Source of the DNA: the human T2T-CHM13v2.0 reference genome, Homo sapiens
Length of the DNA: 64,000 bases
Reading direction: 5' to 3' (one strand)
NCBI RefSeq assembly: GCF_009914755.1
Contig: NC_060930.1
The notes under the pieces are model-generated. The model was not told where the DNA came from and made no database searches. It saw only the letters and a program-made list of their open reading frames with translations. Shown here one piece after another: positions 37,192-51,718 of this stretch (the stretch's first letter is position 1; each line of letters starts with the position of its first letter). A program made the position numbers and the translations under genes.

Positions 37192-37272
37192 TTTCGGCTC
37201 TACTGTGGGAAATTGCCAATATTTGAATGCTTCTGCCCTATAAAAGTGGCAATTTCATATGGCTCAACACTG
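37192..37272. mobile_element. MADE2-like mariner MITE
   Basis: gaaattgcca ... tggcaatttcatatggctcaac inverted termini over ~80 bp. Confidence 0.7.
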
Positions 37273-37489
37273 CTATCGCCACAGGGGTCTGGGATACTCA
37301 GATCCCTTTGACCACAATTGTCCCCTGCAGGTCCCACATGTGGGAAGCCCAATTCTAATCCAAGAGGTTCTTGGTGAGCAATGAACTGCAGCAGGGATTC
37401 CGGGGCGAGAGGGTGAGGAACAAACAGGCAGACCCCGCCAGCTGTCAGCTGGGAGCCAGCCTGGCGCCCACCACTCCACCATGATGGTC

Positions 37490-37955
37490 TTTTGTTGAAC
37501 AAACACAATTTTCCTGGACACCAACATCGAACAAGGCAACTCTGTGACTGGATAGGGGGAGACAAAAACAAGACCACTTGTTCAAACAAGGTAATCATGT
37601 TTGAACACAGACACACACACAGCACACTATTCAAACCACAAAAACAACCACACGTGCCTCCCTCTCACCCAATGTCAATGATGGCTACTTCCTTACCAAT
37701 GACAGCCTTAGCTCGCTCTATCCTTTCTCGTCTTGGATAAAAACTAGTGATACCCAATTATACCCAATCCAGAGCAACTGCTCCCAAGTCACCTAACGCG
37801 AGCTCAACTCCTATAACAAGGTCACCTACCACCCTCTTACTGAGACACCCCAAGTTTCCCTGTGGTGTGCGGTTTCCCCTGTGGCAACAAGTACCCAGAA
37901 ACCTAACTTTATTCAACTATGTGTTCCTGGTTTCTTTGGCTCATGGGCATTGATA
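37490..37955 (+). mobile_element. Probable ancient ERV LTR (family not assigned)
   Basis: LTR-like layout (ccaat, ctataa, ccctcttactgaga..., ending gggcattgata). Confidence 0.45.
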
Positions 37956-38232
37956 ACGGCAACAGGCTCTGGCAGCCTGGACCTGGCCATCTCTGCATTG
38001 ACGATTGGCCCACCACCACCGCCATAATCACCACCACCGCCACTATAACCACTTCCAGCAGTACCACAATGGCAATCCCCTCACCAGTGTTACTGCCACC
38101 CCTACCGGCACAGTCCTCACCACCTCTCCCTAACTGCTAAGTGAGGTATACACATTTTATCCTCCTTTAATTCCATGAGTTAAGAACTGTTGTCTCCACT
38201 TTCCCAAATGAAGCTCTTATGGCTCAGTGAGG

Positions 38233-38450
38233 TGTTACAGACTAAATGTTTGTGTCCTCCTCCACATTCGTGTTGAGATCTTCTTCCCCAGTGTCATGGC
38301 GTTAGGAGGTGAGAGCTTTGGGGGAGATTAGGTCATGAGGGTGGGGCCTTCATGAATGGGATTAGTGCCTTTACAAAGGACACAAGGAGAGGACCGTCAC
38401 CTGCAACTTGGAGGGCCATCACCAGAACTCAGCCAAGCTGCACCCTTTGT
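38233..38450 (+). mobile_element. MaLR LTR fragment (MLT1A/MST-like) inside a MIR
   Basis: tgttacagactaaatgtttgtgtcc...gattaggtcatgagggtggggcc...gggattagtgcc; MIR pieces on both sides. Confidence 0.75.
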
Positions 38451-39442
38451 TACAGGGGCTTTAACGGACTGAGACACCAGGTTAGGTAACTGGCTCAAGA
38501 TCGCACAGCTCAGAACTGGCAGAGCAGGGCTTTGGATCCCCAGTCAGCCAAGGACACTCTACTGCTTCCCCTGAAGCAGAAGAAGCCTTTGGGCCACCCC
38601 ACACCCACCCCAACCCACCCCACTTCTCCCCCGTTCCCACACCCTTCCCTCCTCTCCTTCCCCCTGCTCAGATATGAGCTCCCCGCAGTTGCCTCTGAGA
38701 CTCTCCAGGGCAGTCCTGGCTGGTCCCATCTGACTTGCAGATTGTTGTGTTTCTTTAAGGTGGCTTTGCACGCATTGTCTCCAGTGCCCTGTGTGTGGAT
38801 TTCACAACTGAACGTGTGCAGGATGATGTTATTTCCTTCATACCAAGTCCTCCAGTCTATCTCCCTGTTGCCACCATGTGCCAAATGCAGTGAGCACATA
38901 AATTCTTTCCAAAGCCAAGAATAGAAACCAAGATTTATGAGTCTCAATCTATTACTGTAACCAGCAGGATCACTTTCTCCCCATATCCTTTATTTCATGG
39001 CCATATTTTTCTTTGTAAATGGCACCTTTTTAAGATGCTATATAAAGAGGCCCAATTCAAAGTTTTAAATTCAGATTATTTGGGCTATTTGAGAACATTC
39101 TAAGCAGCTGAACTATGGGTTGAAATACCCTTTTTACATGCTTGAATAAGTCCAAACAGCTTAAAGGATTTCCTTCAAGTTTTCAGAAAAAAAAAAGATT
39201 TACTTCTAGACTGAGGAAAAAAAATATGATAAACTTCTGCACAAAAGCAATGCCCTGAGAGAGAAATCACTTATGTGGCTGTGAAAATCAGGGGCTTTGT
39301 AGAAAATGCAGCCCAGCCTACAAGCAGAGGTCCCCTGGGCTCTTAATGCAGATGTCAAGGGTGTTTGCAGAGAAGCAGGCTCAGGTGGGTTTAGGGGGTG
39401 TCTGAAGGCCGAGATCTCTTCTTCCAGTGTGTGTTTATGCTA

Positions 39443-39762
<320 letters not shown>

Positions 39763-40193
39763 TTAGAAACAGAAATCATGCTCACTATAAAGTAGTTTAA
39801 ATTGTTATTGATTCTGTTGAGTGTGAATGGGGAGCTTTTCAGTTAGGGCATGGGGGTGGCAGGTGGCACAGTTCACGGGAATGGCAGTAGCATTCCTGGT
39901 GCTCCAGGGAATTTCTCCTTTTATTGCTAGTGAGGCTGCACTGTGGTCTAGAAGCAGCTTCCAAAAATCTTCAAAAGACACATCACTGAGATGGTGGCTG
40001 CTCACTCTCTGAGCTCCTGCGTGCATAAAAACACTTCCCCGCTGCAGCTGTGGAAGCAACGGTGCTGCGGTTTGCTGTCTGCACCCCGGGATCTGCCTGC
40101 GGCACTTACCTGCTCCCAGGCCACTCCTGAGAGGAACGCTTTCCAGACTCGGGGTCCTCTCCTGATTGGGGACGGTTGGGGGGGGCGGGGGCG

Positions 40194-40271
40194 GTGCTTC
40201 ACAATGTCCTCTCTGATCAGCTGTGAAAATGAGTCCGTGTTAAACAAACAGCATTGTTCCATGTGAGCGGC
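40194..40271 (+). repeat. Inverted repeat, arm A (partner 41177-41253)
   Basis: 78 bp, 8 mismatches plus 1 gap; 48-bp core with 2 mismatches. Confidence 0.93.
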
Positions 40272-41176
40272 ATGGAGGCCTCACCCTGTCCATGAACTGC
40301 TGGAGACAAGAGTGGCCATGCTATTGTCTTTCTTGAGAAAAACCTTTAAACCAGGTTCAAGGGTTCCTTAAGCCTTGGGTGGGTATCCGATTACTTTTCT
40401 TTTCCCCCAATGCGTCATTAAAAAAATTGGCTCCATAGAACACTTGTCTCATCTGTTTAGCTCACAGACAACCCCCACTCTCCCCGCAAGAAAGACAAAC
40501 CCCAGTCTCCCCCAGACAGCAACCCCATCTCCTCAAAGACCTTGGGCAGCTGCCGGCAGGGATAAGAGCCACGTGCTTTTCATTACACCAGGGAGGCCAT
40601 GTTCTGTTGTTTGGTTTTAATATTTCACAATGGTGATTCCAGCCAGAAATGAAAGCATTAAAAGGCTCTCTGGCTCATAAGCCCCCTGCCTGGCCCTGTC
40701 CTGCGTGGGCAGGTCGTCACTCCTGATGCAAGTGGCAAATGCTTAGCAGGCCTGCACTTTCCATGAAACGCAAACCCTCCAAGCCCACAGCCGGAGCGGA
40801 GGGTGCAGGCGGCCCCCTGCACAGCCCCCTCCTTCCCCAGACCCACTTTCTCCCGCACCGCGGGGCCTGTCCCCCAATGGGGGCCTCTATTGGGTCTGGT
40901 CAGCGCGGGGCCCCGGCCCTCCCACCAGCGGGGTCCTGTGGCCTTGTTGCGGGGAAGCCCTGAGCCTCTGGTCCTCAGGGCCCCAAAGCCAAAAGGGGGC
41001 TGCTCTCTGGAGTGCTGGCCTCCTTTGGCCGCCGGAGCGCCGCAGGGCCAAGATGGATCAGTGTATCCGCAGCCGCGTCAGAAATACATCGATTTTTGTT
41101 ACAGCCACGAGGCCCATCCAATTAAAAATAATCACCAGCGTGTTCCAAGTCCTTATTCTTGCCAAGTGCATTGATG

Positions 41177-41253
41177 GCTGCTCACATGGAACAATGCTGT
41201 TTGTTGGACACGGACTCATTTTCACAGACGATCGAGAAGAAATTTTGAAGCAC
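41177..41253 (-). repeat. Inverted repeat, arm B (partner 40194-40271)
   Basis: The ORF track shows CENESV.NKQHCSM on both strands. Confidence 0.93.
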
Positions 41254-41669
41254 ACGCGTGCCCCCAATCCTGGGCGGTCTGCAGGTTTTCCGAGGTGGTA
41301 TTAATCCGCTTAGGCCTTTAGGGGGCTTGGGCCAGGGCAGCTTTCCTTGTGTGGGGCTGGAGTCATTACTAACCATTTATTAGGCTTCTGTCTAGAGTCA
41401 GGGCACAGGCCAAGGTGCAGTCGCAGCGAGAGAGGAGAGATAACGCCCCTGTGTGGTGCCTGGGAAGCATTTGTAAACTGCCAGCAGATTGGGAGGGGGA
41501 GGACAGGCAGGTCCTTGGAAATTACAGAGCCGTGGATGCACATCTGGTACCACTATGTAAACATAAAGGACACATAGGATAGAGACAGGACGCAAACCTG
41601 CCCAGGTAGGACTGTTTATTTGCTTACTGGTAATGGCAATGATGGGATGGAAAAGTCAGTCACTGATAT

Positions 41670-41860
41670 CACACAAACCTGGATTTGAATCCCAGCTCTA
41701 CCGCCAACTAGCTGTGTGACCTTAGGCAAGTCACTTACCCTCTCTGATGACTGGTTTAATCATCTCTAAAATCTGGCTAATAATACCTTCCTGCAGGGAT
41801 TGAATGGCATTATCACTTATAAAGCCTTTAGAATAGTACCTGGTGAATACTAAGTCATCA
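41670..41860 (+). mobile_element. MIR
   Basis: ggatttgaatcccagctct...ctagctgtgtgaccttaggcaagtcactta. Confidence 0.85.
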
Positions 41861-42136
41861 AAGAACACAATTTTGATTAGTTTCTCAGTTTTCTGTAACT
41901 CTCAGCAATCTTCCGAAGGTCCATTTGCTGAAGTCTGGAAGTATCCCAAGAGTCTATATTTAACTTTTTTTTTTCCCCCTTCTGGTTGAGGGTAGCAAGG
42001 AATGAGAAACTATATACAGAAAAAGATTCCTTGACAATCCCTACTTTTTTTTTTTCTAGAGATATTCTTTCTTTCCAAACTTTTCAAGGTTTCCTTTTTA
42101 GCCCAGATTTCTGTTTAGTAGAGCAACCATATCAAG

Positions 42137-42571
<435 letters not shown>

Positions 42572-42879
42572 TGAGGTCTTTAGGTGTGTAGCTAGCTGAG
42601 GCCATGTGGTACAGTGCTTAGGCAGTGGGCTTGGGAATTCATCCACCTGCTTTTAATCCCTACCATGAACTCATTTTGTCATCCAAGTTCTCCAGGTCTC
42701 AGTTTGTCTGTTAAACAGGGATGATAAGGATAATACCCTCTTCCTGGGATTGTTGACCCCAGACACTGAGTTTTAGGTTCCTGACATCAAATGGACTATT
42801 ATTTTGTAATATTGCACTCTTCCAAAATACCTTTTTCTAGAAAGTAACCAAATGATTTGTGACTCAGAGTTGAGATCTC

Positions 42880-43835
42880 CCTGCTCAGTGTATTCACCAG
42901 AACTTAGTAGGGTTGTTCTTTTTAATTTAGCCATTTTAGCAGGTGGGAAGTGGTTTTAATTTGCATTGCCCTACAGACCAACGATTTTGAGCATCTTTTC
43001 ATGTGGTTATTTCTCATCTATATATTTTTTTGGCATTATCTGACAATTTGGCAAATTGTTCAAATCTTCTGCTGTTTTTGCTTTTTTTTTATTATTTTGA
43101 GAGTTTAACAACTATATACTAGGTACAAGTCCTTTATAAGTATTTTGCCAATATTTTCTTCCAATCTATAGCATGTGTTTTTGTTCTCTTAACACTGTCT
43201 TTTTTTTTTTCTTTGATATAAGGTCTCACTCTGTCACCCAGGCTGGAGTACAGTGGCATCATCACAGCTCACTGGAACCTCAACTTTCCTGGGCTCAGGT
43301 GATCCTCCTACCTTAGCCTCATGAGTAGCTGGGACTACAGGTGCGCACCACCACACCCAGCCAATTTTCTTGTGTTTTCTCTAGAGAAGGGGTTTCACCA
43401 TGTTGCCCAGGCTGATCTCAAACTCCTGGGCTCAAGCAATTAGCCCAGCTTGGCCTCTCAAAGTGTTGGGATTACAGGTGTGAGCCACATTGTCTTTTGA
43501 AGAGCAGAGGTTTTTAATCTTGAACAAGTCTAATTTATCACTTTTTTTTTCTCCTATGGATCATGCATTTGGGTGTGGTAGCTAAGAAACCTTTGCCAAA
43601 CCAAGGTCACAAAATTTTCTCCTATGTTTTCTTCTAGGAGTTTTATAGTTTAGTTTTTACATTGAGGTCCAGGATCATTTCAAAGCTAAGTTTGGTATAA
43701 GGTTCGAAGTTCACATAGAGGTCCCATTTTTTGCATATGGGTGTCCAGTTATTCCAGCATCATTTATTGAAAAGATGATCCTTTCCCCATTGAATTGCCT
43801 TTGCACCTTTGTTGAAAATCAGTGGACCACCTATG
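42880..43835 (-). mobile_element. L1 (L1M-type ORF2/3' region), interrupted by an Alu
   Basis: gtggttttaatttgcattgccc...gagcatcttttcatgtg...tttttgcatatgggtgtccagttattccagcatcatttattgaaaaga. Confidence 0.88.
43199..43488 (-). mobile_element. Alu (AluJ-like) inserted in L1
   Basis: Antisense Alu; flanks cactgtcttt / cattgtcttt. Confidence 0.9.
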
Positions 43836-45532
43836 TGAGGAGGGGCTCTATTCAAGGGAGCATCTCAATTCATTTTATAATCTTGTATTAAAATTCCCTG
43901 CTCCTGGCCTTCATCCCCTGAAACTTCTCCCTGTTATACCCAGACAGGGTCCCCCACTCTCATCCATGGGCACTGCTCACTGTATTGGGTCTCCACCACA
44001 AAAGGCACTGACTGATCTTCTATACCCTGAAGTTCCATGAGCCTTGTTCCAGTGGAGGTTGGCTGCAGATGGGTGCACAGGCCTCTGAGAGGTTGGGGGA
44101 GTCCCCCACACCATGTCTTCCAGAAAGCCTGTCATGCGAAGAGCACTCCCCACTGTGGACCACAGCTCTGCATGCCCAAGGTGCTCTGAAACCCTGGCCA
44201 AGTTGGAGCCCTCAGAGCCCCTCCACATCCTCCCACTCCTGCCCCATCCTTACCTTCCCTTAACTCCAATCAGGCTGGAGAACCTTCAAAAGAAACTTGA
44301 GGAGAAGACCCTGTCTCCCTTTGGAATACACGGAAGGTGAACTCCTCCAGCAGCCCGCCTTGGCCGCCTCTCCAGCAGCTGCCTGGGGAGGCAGAGCACG
44401 AGCGTCTGAGGGCTGCTGGCTGCATTTCCCAGCAGTTAGGAATTAGATGAAGCCATAACCAGCGCTATACTTGGCAAAGCACCTGGACACAATAGTATGC
44501 TTAATGAAATGATTAAATGTCTCCACAGCGGAGCTTCATTTCATTGATTTAACTTTTATTGACCTCTGATGAATGTCTGCCAAAGCACTAGCACAGCATG
44601 GAGGGGCCTGGGCAGGCATCTGCCACCAGGCACGGTTTGGGCTGAACTTGTCCCCTCTTTTTTCCCAACCTGGAGAACTCAGTGCCATCATTTCTGCTCT
44701 TTAAGTCACGTCCCCTGGAGATAATTGAATGAGTACTGAACTGGAAAAATAATAATAAAATGTTTCCTTTTTCAAAGAAAATTGGTCCTGGCCAGGCAGA
44801 AACGTAGAGGGCTATGTTCCCTAACATTCCTATATTCAATTAACTGAAAATCATATGGTTTGTATCTAGGACAAAACATATTTCCAGAGAGTCCTACCAA
44901 GGTGTTCCATGGAAAATATTTTTCAAAGGGACAATTTTAATGTTAAGATTCACTGGAGAAATGCTGTCCACTTTATCCCTTCTGTAAGATTCACAGTGCA
45001 CTTCACCTTAGCAAAGATGCTGAGAAGTCGTGAAGGAGATTCACCTGCTTAGCTAAATTCAGCTGCTTTTGCAACATTACTTAAGCTAAGAAATCTTTTT
45101 TTTTTTTTCACCTAACACCTATTAACACCAGGGAACTCGGTTGGGAAATGCCTTTCCAGAAAATTCCATGAAATTTTCCCATAAAAGCAGTATCTGTTGC
45201 TCTGTTCTATTCAACAAAAGCCATAGAATCAGTGAAGGGTGAGACAGTGAGGAACTGGGGGCCACCCCAGGCGCCCTAGCTGCTTCTCTCTGGCATTCCC
45301 AGCCTGACCAGACATGAAAAGAAATCATGATGTTTTCCAGCGATGCTGATGAGTCGGGGGCCGGATGCCCCAACCAGAGCTCTGTGATTAACCAGCTGAG
45401 TAAGCCTGCTTGGACCCCCAGATCAGAAAGAGTCCATCTCCCTGAGCTTACCACAGTATGCACTGACCTATGATGGCACAGTAAGTATATAGCAGATAGT
45501 TTTTATCTTTTTCTCTCCTGCCAGTTTTCTGA

Positions 45533-45973
<441 letters not shown>

Positions 45974-47229
45974 CCACCCTGTCTTTTAAGAGGTATCAGC
46001 CATGAAAAAACAGAATGCCACAATGAAAGCCATTCTCCCCGCTTCGTATAGAGCCTCCACTGCCACTAATGCAGAATTAGATTAGGGGCTGACTATCCCT
46101 GTGAAATAAACTCTCCCCACAGTCAGAAAACATCTGGAAACCACGGAGTCAGCAGATAAAGCTCCAACCTTCCCTCTTGTCGCTCCCCAGCTCCCCACAC
46201 AGTGTGCTGGGCTGTCATCTGCAGCGGGCACATTCATTCTCATTCTTTATGCCTTGTTATTCTGTCAATTTCTTAATCTATTTATGCTGACTTTATTTTT
46301 AGTGGGCCTATTGTGACAGTGAATCCTGAAATTGCCTTGGTTGTTTTCTGAAAATGGCTGTTACTGAACCATAATGCAGACCCCAAATAAAATAATGTAA
46401 GCCCCAGGCAGTTTCTGGAGGTCTGCAGCAGCTGTCTACATTTAGGGCTGCATATCAATTCTCGCTTCAGAGGGGCTTGCCGGGAGAGGCAGCTCGAAAG
46501 GCAATGCCATGTCATATTTAGATAAGCATCTCTGGGTCCTGCTAAAAATGCTCACTTCTTCCCCTTTTGGAAAATTTCTTCAAACATTAATAAATTCCCT
46601 CCCCTCTCCCTGTTGTTGGCAAACTATAAAAAATGCAAATGATCCAGAAACCAATTAATTTTTAGAAGGTTGCAGCTGCTTTGCTGTATTCACAAGACAT
46701 GGTGGGCACATTAGGGTATGTGTCTCTGAGGCACATGCATGCAGAAGGCATCGACTTCTTGTTGCAGAAGCACCAGTTATCTCCAGATAGGAGCCATCGT
46801 TCAGCCGTGTCCGAGCAAACAGATTACTTCCAAATTGCATTCCACTTCTGAAGAAACTGCTAATGAAGGGGCCATGCCGAGGCAAAACGGTGGCCTCGTG
46901 ATACATTTCCAGTAACACAATGAAAAGTTTCACCTTTTTGTACCAAGGAAATGCTTGGTGGAGAGGCAGAGGTGCCGGCACTGGCATTCTTCAGGCTGGC
47001 TCTGGTATCTTAAGTCCTGGGGGCTTTGGGGTTACAGCTACGTAAACTTGGTTAGATTTAGAGCTCATAATTGCAAACATCAAAGTCTTTATTTTTCTGG
47101 CGGTTCTGCAAAATGTCAAAATAGTATTCATGCAAGAGAACACCATCAGTCTTTTTTCTACTTTCTATGACATTCAACCATACTGTTCACAGCTCACCCA
47201 ACAGCCATTCCCCCTTTCCGTTCTTCCCT

Positions 47230-47757
47230 TGTAGTAGAAGCTGGATTGGGTTTAGGTAGAGGGATAGCAATCCCATAATTTCAACCCCCCAAGGTACACT
47301 GTGCCTGGTCCAAACCAATCACTGTAATCCCATGTTTGGCCCAGGACTTGGCATACAACCCAGCTGTGGCCAGCGAGACACAGAGCAAGCCTGCTGATGG
47401 GGCTTCCAGGAAATACTTTTATTTTTCTTCAGATACAAGACAAAGGCATGTAAGGAAAAGACCTTTCTGCACCTTCCCCAACTTCCTGCCTCCAACGCTT
47501 CTGTGTGATGATGTGATACTTGGAACATGGTGGCATCTTGTGACCATGAGGTGACAGGCTTGGCATGGACAGCCGTGTGCTGTGGGTGGCAGAGCAGGTA
47601 ACCAGGAAGCCTGGTGCTGACACCCATCCTCCTGCACCTATGCCAGCTGGGACCGCCCACCTCCGGACTTCTGACCGTGTGAGCTGACGGCCTCTCTTCA
47701 CTGCCTGGTGCCTGTTGGTCAGCTGTTTCGTTACTTGTGATCAAAAGCATTCCTGAT
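47230..47757 (+). mobile_element. Old MaLR LTR (MLT1J/K/L-like)
   Basis: ggtggcatcttgtgaccatgagg and 3' ttacttgtgatcaaaagcattcctga. Confidence 0.65.
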
Positions 47758-47880
47758 GGATTCAAGACTCTTTGAAGAAACTGGAGCTGTGTCACCTGGA
47801 ATCTCTGCTGTCAGCTGCTTGAATCCCCTCCCAGCATTTCCACCAACCTGTGCTTAGGCAATTAGAGAAGGAGGAACTCA

Positions 47881-48830
<950 letters not shown>

Positions 48831-49145
48831 ACAATTGGTTCTCCTTATTTTTGGGAGTTCTGTTCTGTAAAGTCACCGCAAACATTGAATTAGCAAACAT
48901 TGAACCACTACCCCTACAGGAAATAGAGTTAGGTTCCTGCAAGCCTCTGGTCACATTTTTGCCTACTGATCGATATGTAATCTTGTTTTATGTGTATTTC
49001 TGTTTAAAGACAACTAATTTGATATATAATGTGTCTATATATTTATATACGTATGTGCATATGTATATATGTATAATATGTGCATATATATATAGTTGGT
49101 TCATTAACATTGAAGTTATGGCCAACAGCATTTCAACTCATATTT
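48831..49145 (+). mobile_element. Tigger-family DNA transposon fragment (MER82-like) with TA-rich insert
   Basis: aaagtcaccgcaaacattgaattagc...gttaggttcctgcaagcctctggtcaca. Confidence 0.6.
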
Positions 49146-49232
49146 CAGAGGGTGGAGGTTTGTGGGGAGGAGTGTTTTCCTGGAGAGCCTCTCAACATAG
49201 ATACACTTGTGTGGACCTAAAATCACCCAAGC

Positions 49233-49331
49233 TAGGAGGGCCAGCCCATCCTGGTCTGCCCTGGGCTGAGGGCTTTCCCAGGAGAGTGAACTTTCAGTGC
49301 TAAAGCCAGACAGGGACAGCTGCTCACCCTA
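49233..49331. mobile_element. MER81-like hAT MITE
   Basis: ctgagggctttcccagga...actttcagtgctaaa...tcacccta. Confidence 0.65.
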
Positions 49332-50289
49332 CCTGCCTCCTAACATCTATCCACGGGTTCTGCATCCACCCTTTGGAGTGGCACAAAACAAAGATGATCC
49401 CCTCTTTCCCCAAGTAGACTCTGAGTGAAGACACATCTTAGGTCCACTTCTCAGGCTCAATATCCTCAATTTCTTGGACCTCCTTCATATTGTGCGAGGT
49501 GGCAGAGGCTGCTTGCTGATCACCAGGCTCCTCTCCTCTTCTGCACTTTCCAGCCTCTCTCGCAGGTAGGAGTGGCCACAGGAGTTCTAGAATGTGAGCA
49601 GAAGGCATGTGGCCACTTCCAGGCCCTGCCTATACACACCTTCCACTCACAGTCCTCCATGCTCTTGCACAAGAGGGAAGCTGCCCTGGGTCACTGCTAG
49701 GGGAGGGCTGACCTCCACTCAGGAGCCCCTCCTAGGTGAGCAAGCCATAAGCGGTTGTGCTGGGTCTCTGTGGTTAGGGGCTTACCTGTCACAGCAGCTC
49801 CAATCACTTTGACTGGCTCACATGACGCAAAGCTCTTTTGTGACCAGCTCACTCCTCTGCACACATTCCTGCCTGTCTAGACTCCTTTTTTGGAGTCCAG
49901 GTGTGGTCCGTGTGTCCAAGGCTGAGGCCAATGCTCTCCCTCTTCCCACACCTATCTCTAGGGGTGTTGGGTAAGATTGCATTAACTGGGGGAGCCCCAC
50001 CCCGTGGCTGCCCCACATGAAACACTGTTAAACAGCCCTCCCAAGCCGTTTTCACCCATACCACTGCAAAGTCACGTTTTCCCCATCCTCTGCAGCTGGG
50101 GGCTTGGGAACACAATAATTAGCTTTATTGTGAAAATCACCCATCACCGTAGCTCACTGAGGTCCTCTGGATCCTGATTCTGTCCACTGTGCCTTGAGTC
50201 TTCGGCCATTCACTGGTGTCTCCACTCTCCACTGCCTTACTCACAAGCATGATCACTATACTAACAACAGCCAGCACTCCACAATAAAC

Positions 50290-50470
50290 TCTAAGTGCTT
50301 CCTGAGTCTCAACTCTTAATCTTCTCAACAATTCTCACGTAGAAACTATTATGATCCCCACTGTATAGAGGAGTAAACTGAGGCACAGTCAATAACTTGC
50401 TCCAGGACAATTAGCTAGTAAGTGACAGAGCTGGACTTAAACCCAGCAATTTGATGTCAGTCATATTGTT
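50290..50470 (-). mobile_element. MIR
   Basis: atccccactgtatagaggagtaaactgaggcac...taacttgctccagg...agtaagtgacagagctgg. Confidence 0.8.
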
Positions 50471-51679
50471 AACTATCAGGCTAATATGTTGTCTACACCT
50501 GGATCATGTCTGAATTCAGTTGTTGCAGACACAAATAGAGAACACAGATGTGCTCCGGGCAGCTGGGCCCTCTGCTTGGAGACGCCTGCAGTTAACACCC
50601 CTCTGCTTATAGAGCATGTTTCAGGCGTACTTGTTCAACTGGTCACTCAGCCTCAACAGCCTCCAAGCTGTTTCATCATTTTATCTGTGAGGATTTCAAA
50701 GGAAACCAGGAGCCGAGCGCCCAGAAAGAAAAGAAGACCGGAATCAGAGAGCGTTCTGCAAGTTCGCAAGTTCAAGGGCCCAGAGGCACAGTAGCCCAGA
50801 AGCCTCAAGGACTTTCTACCAAAACTCACAGGTACAACCTTGAAAACACAAGAAAAGAAAACAAGAACTTGCCTTCTTGGGCAAGGGGAGTTGAAAGAGG
50901 CCAGGCCCAGAACTCCAGAGATGAAATGGGAGCAGCTGCAGCCTGGCTGTTATTCCAAGCGTGTCGTGCTGAGAAGTAAGGGGAGTGTGTGCTCATCACT
51001 GTCTGTGGTGTGGACTCAGGACGCGCCCCCTGGAAGCATCGATTCGGCCCGAGTCGCTTGCTGAAGGTGTGCTCTGCGGAGGGGCTGCCCACCCAGCCTC
51101 TCTATATTGACCATTTTCCTGCTTTATGCAAAGTAATTGGCCAAGCATTGTACAAAAGAAGGATAATTAATACACTGGTTTAACCCTTGATGAAATTATT
51201 TTCTTTTCACCGTCCAGCCTGAGTGTTGAGAGAGATGAAATAGAAAGTTGAGAGCCGGAGAAGGATGCCTCTCCCCTCCAGTGGGGGCAGCTGGATGGTG
51301 GGCAGGTTACCCTGGTGTGTCCCAAGCCCTCGGCCACACACAGCTCATGCTCATTCCTATCAAGGGAAGAACTGCTTTCAGCAAGCTAAGGCTGGCTTGA
51401 AAGTGGTCCAAGATCTAGAATGTCCATCCCTTTGTTAAAAATCTTCCTCGAACTTCCTGTCCCTTGTCCCCCCCATCCAGACAACCAGGAGGCAGACATA
51501 GGATCAGAGCCTGGCAGGGACAAGGCACCTACTCTGAGGATAGACAAGGAACACCTGAGTTTCTAACAGGCCAGGGGTGGGTTTCAATAGCGAACAGGCT
51601 GCAAATAACAACAAGTCCTGCTAAAAAGCACTGGAAGTTGAATCAACTTCACTTTGCATATTCCATCCTGAATTATATG

Positions 51680-51682
<3 letters not shown>

Positions 51683-51716
<34 letters not shown>
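51683..51716. repeat. (AC)17 microsatellite; sister (AC)12 at 52167-52190
   Basis: Direct reading. Confidence 0.95.

Positions 51717-51718
<2 letters not shown>

Noticed and set aside
40194-41253. A 1.06-kb DNA transposon with 78-bp TIRs
   Set aside because: No TSD, identity is lowest at the outer ends (the opposite of TIRs), and the termini match no family I recognise.
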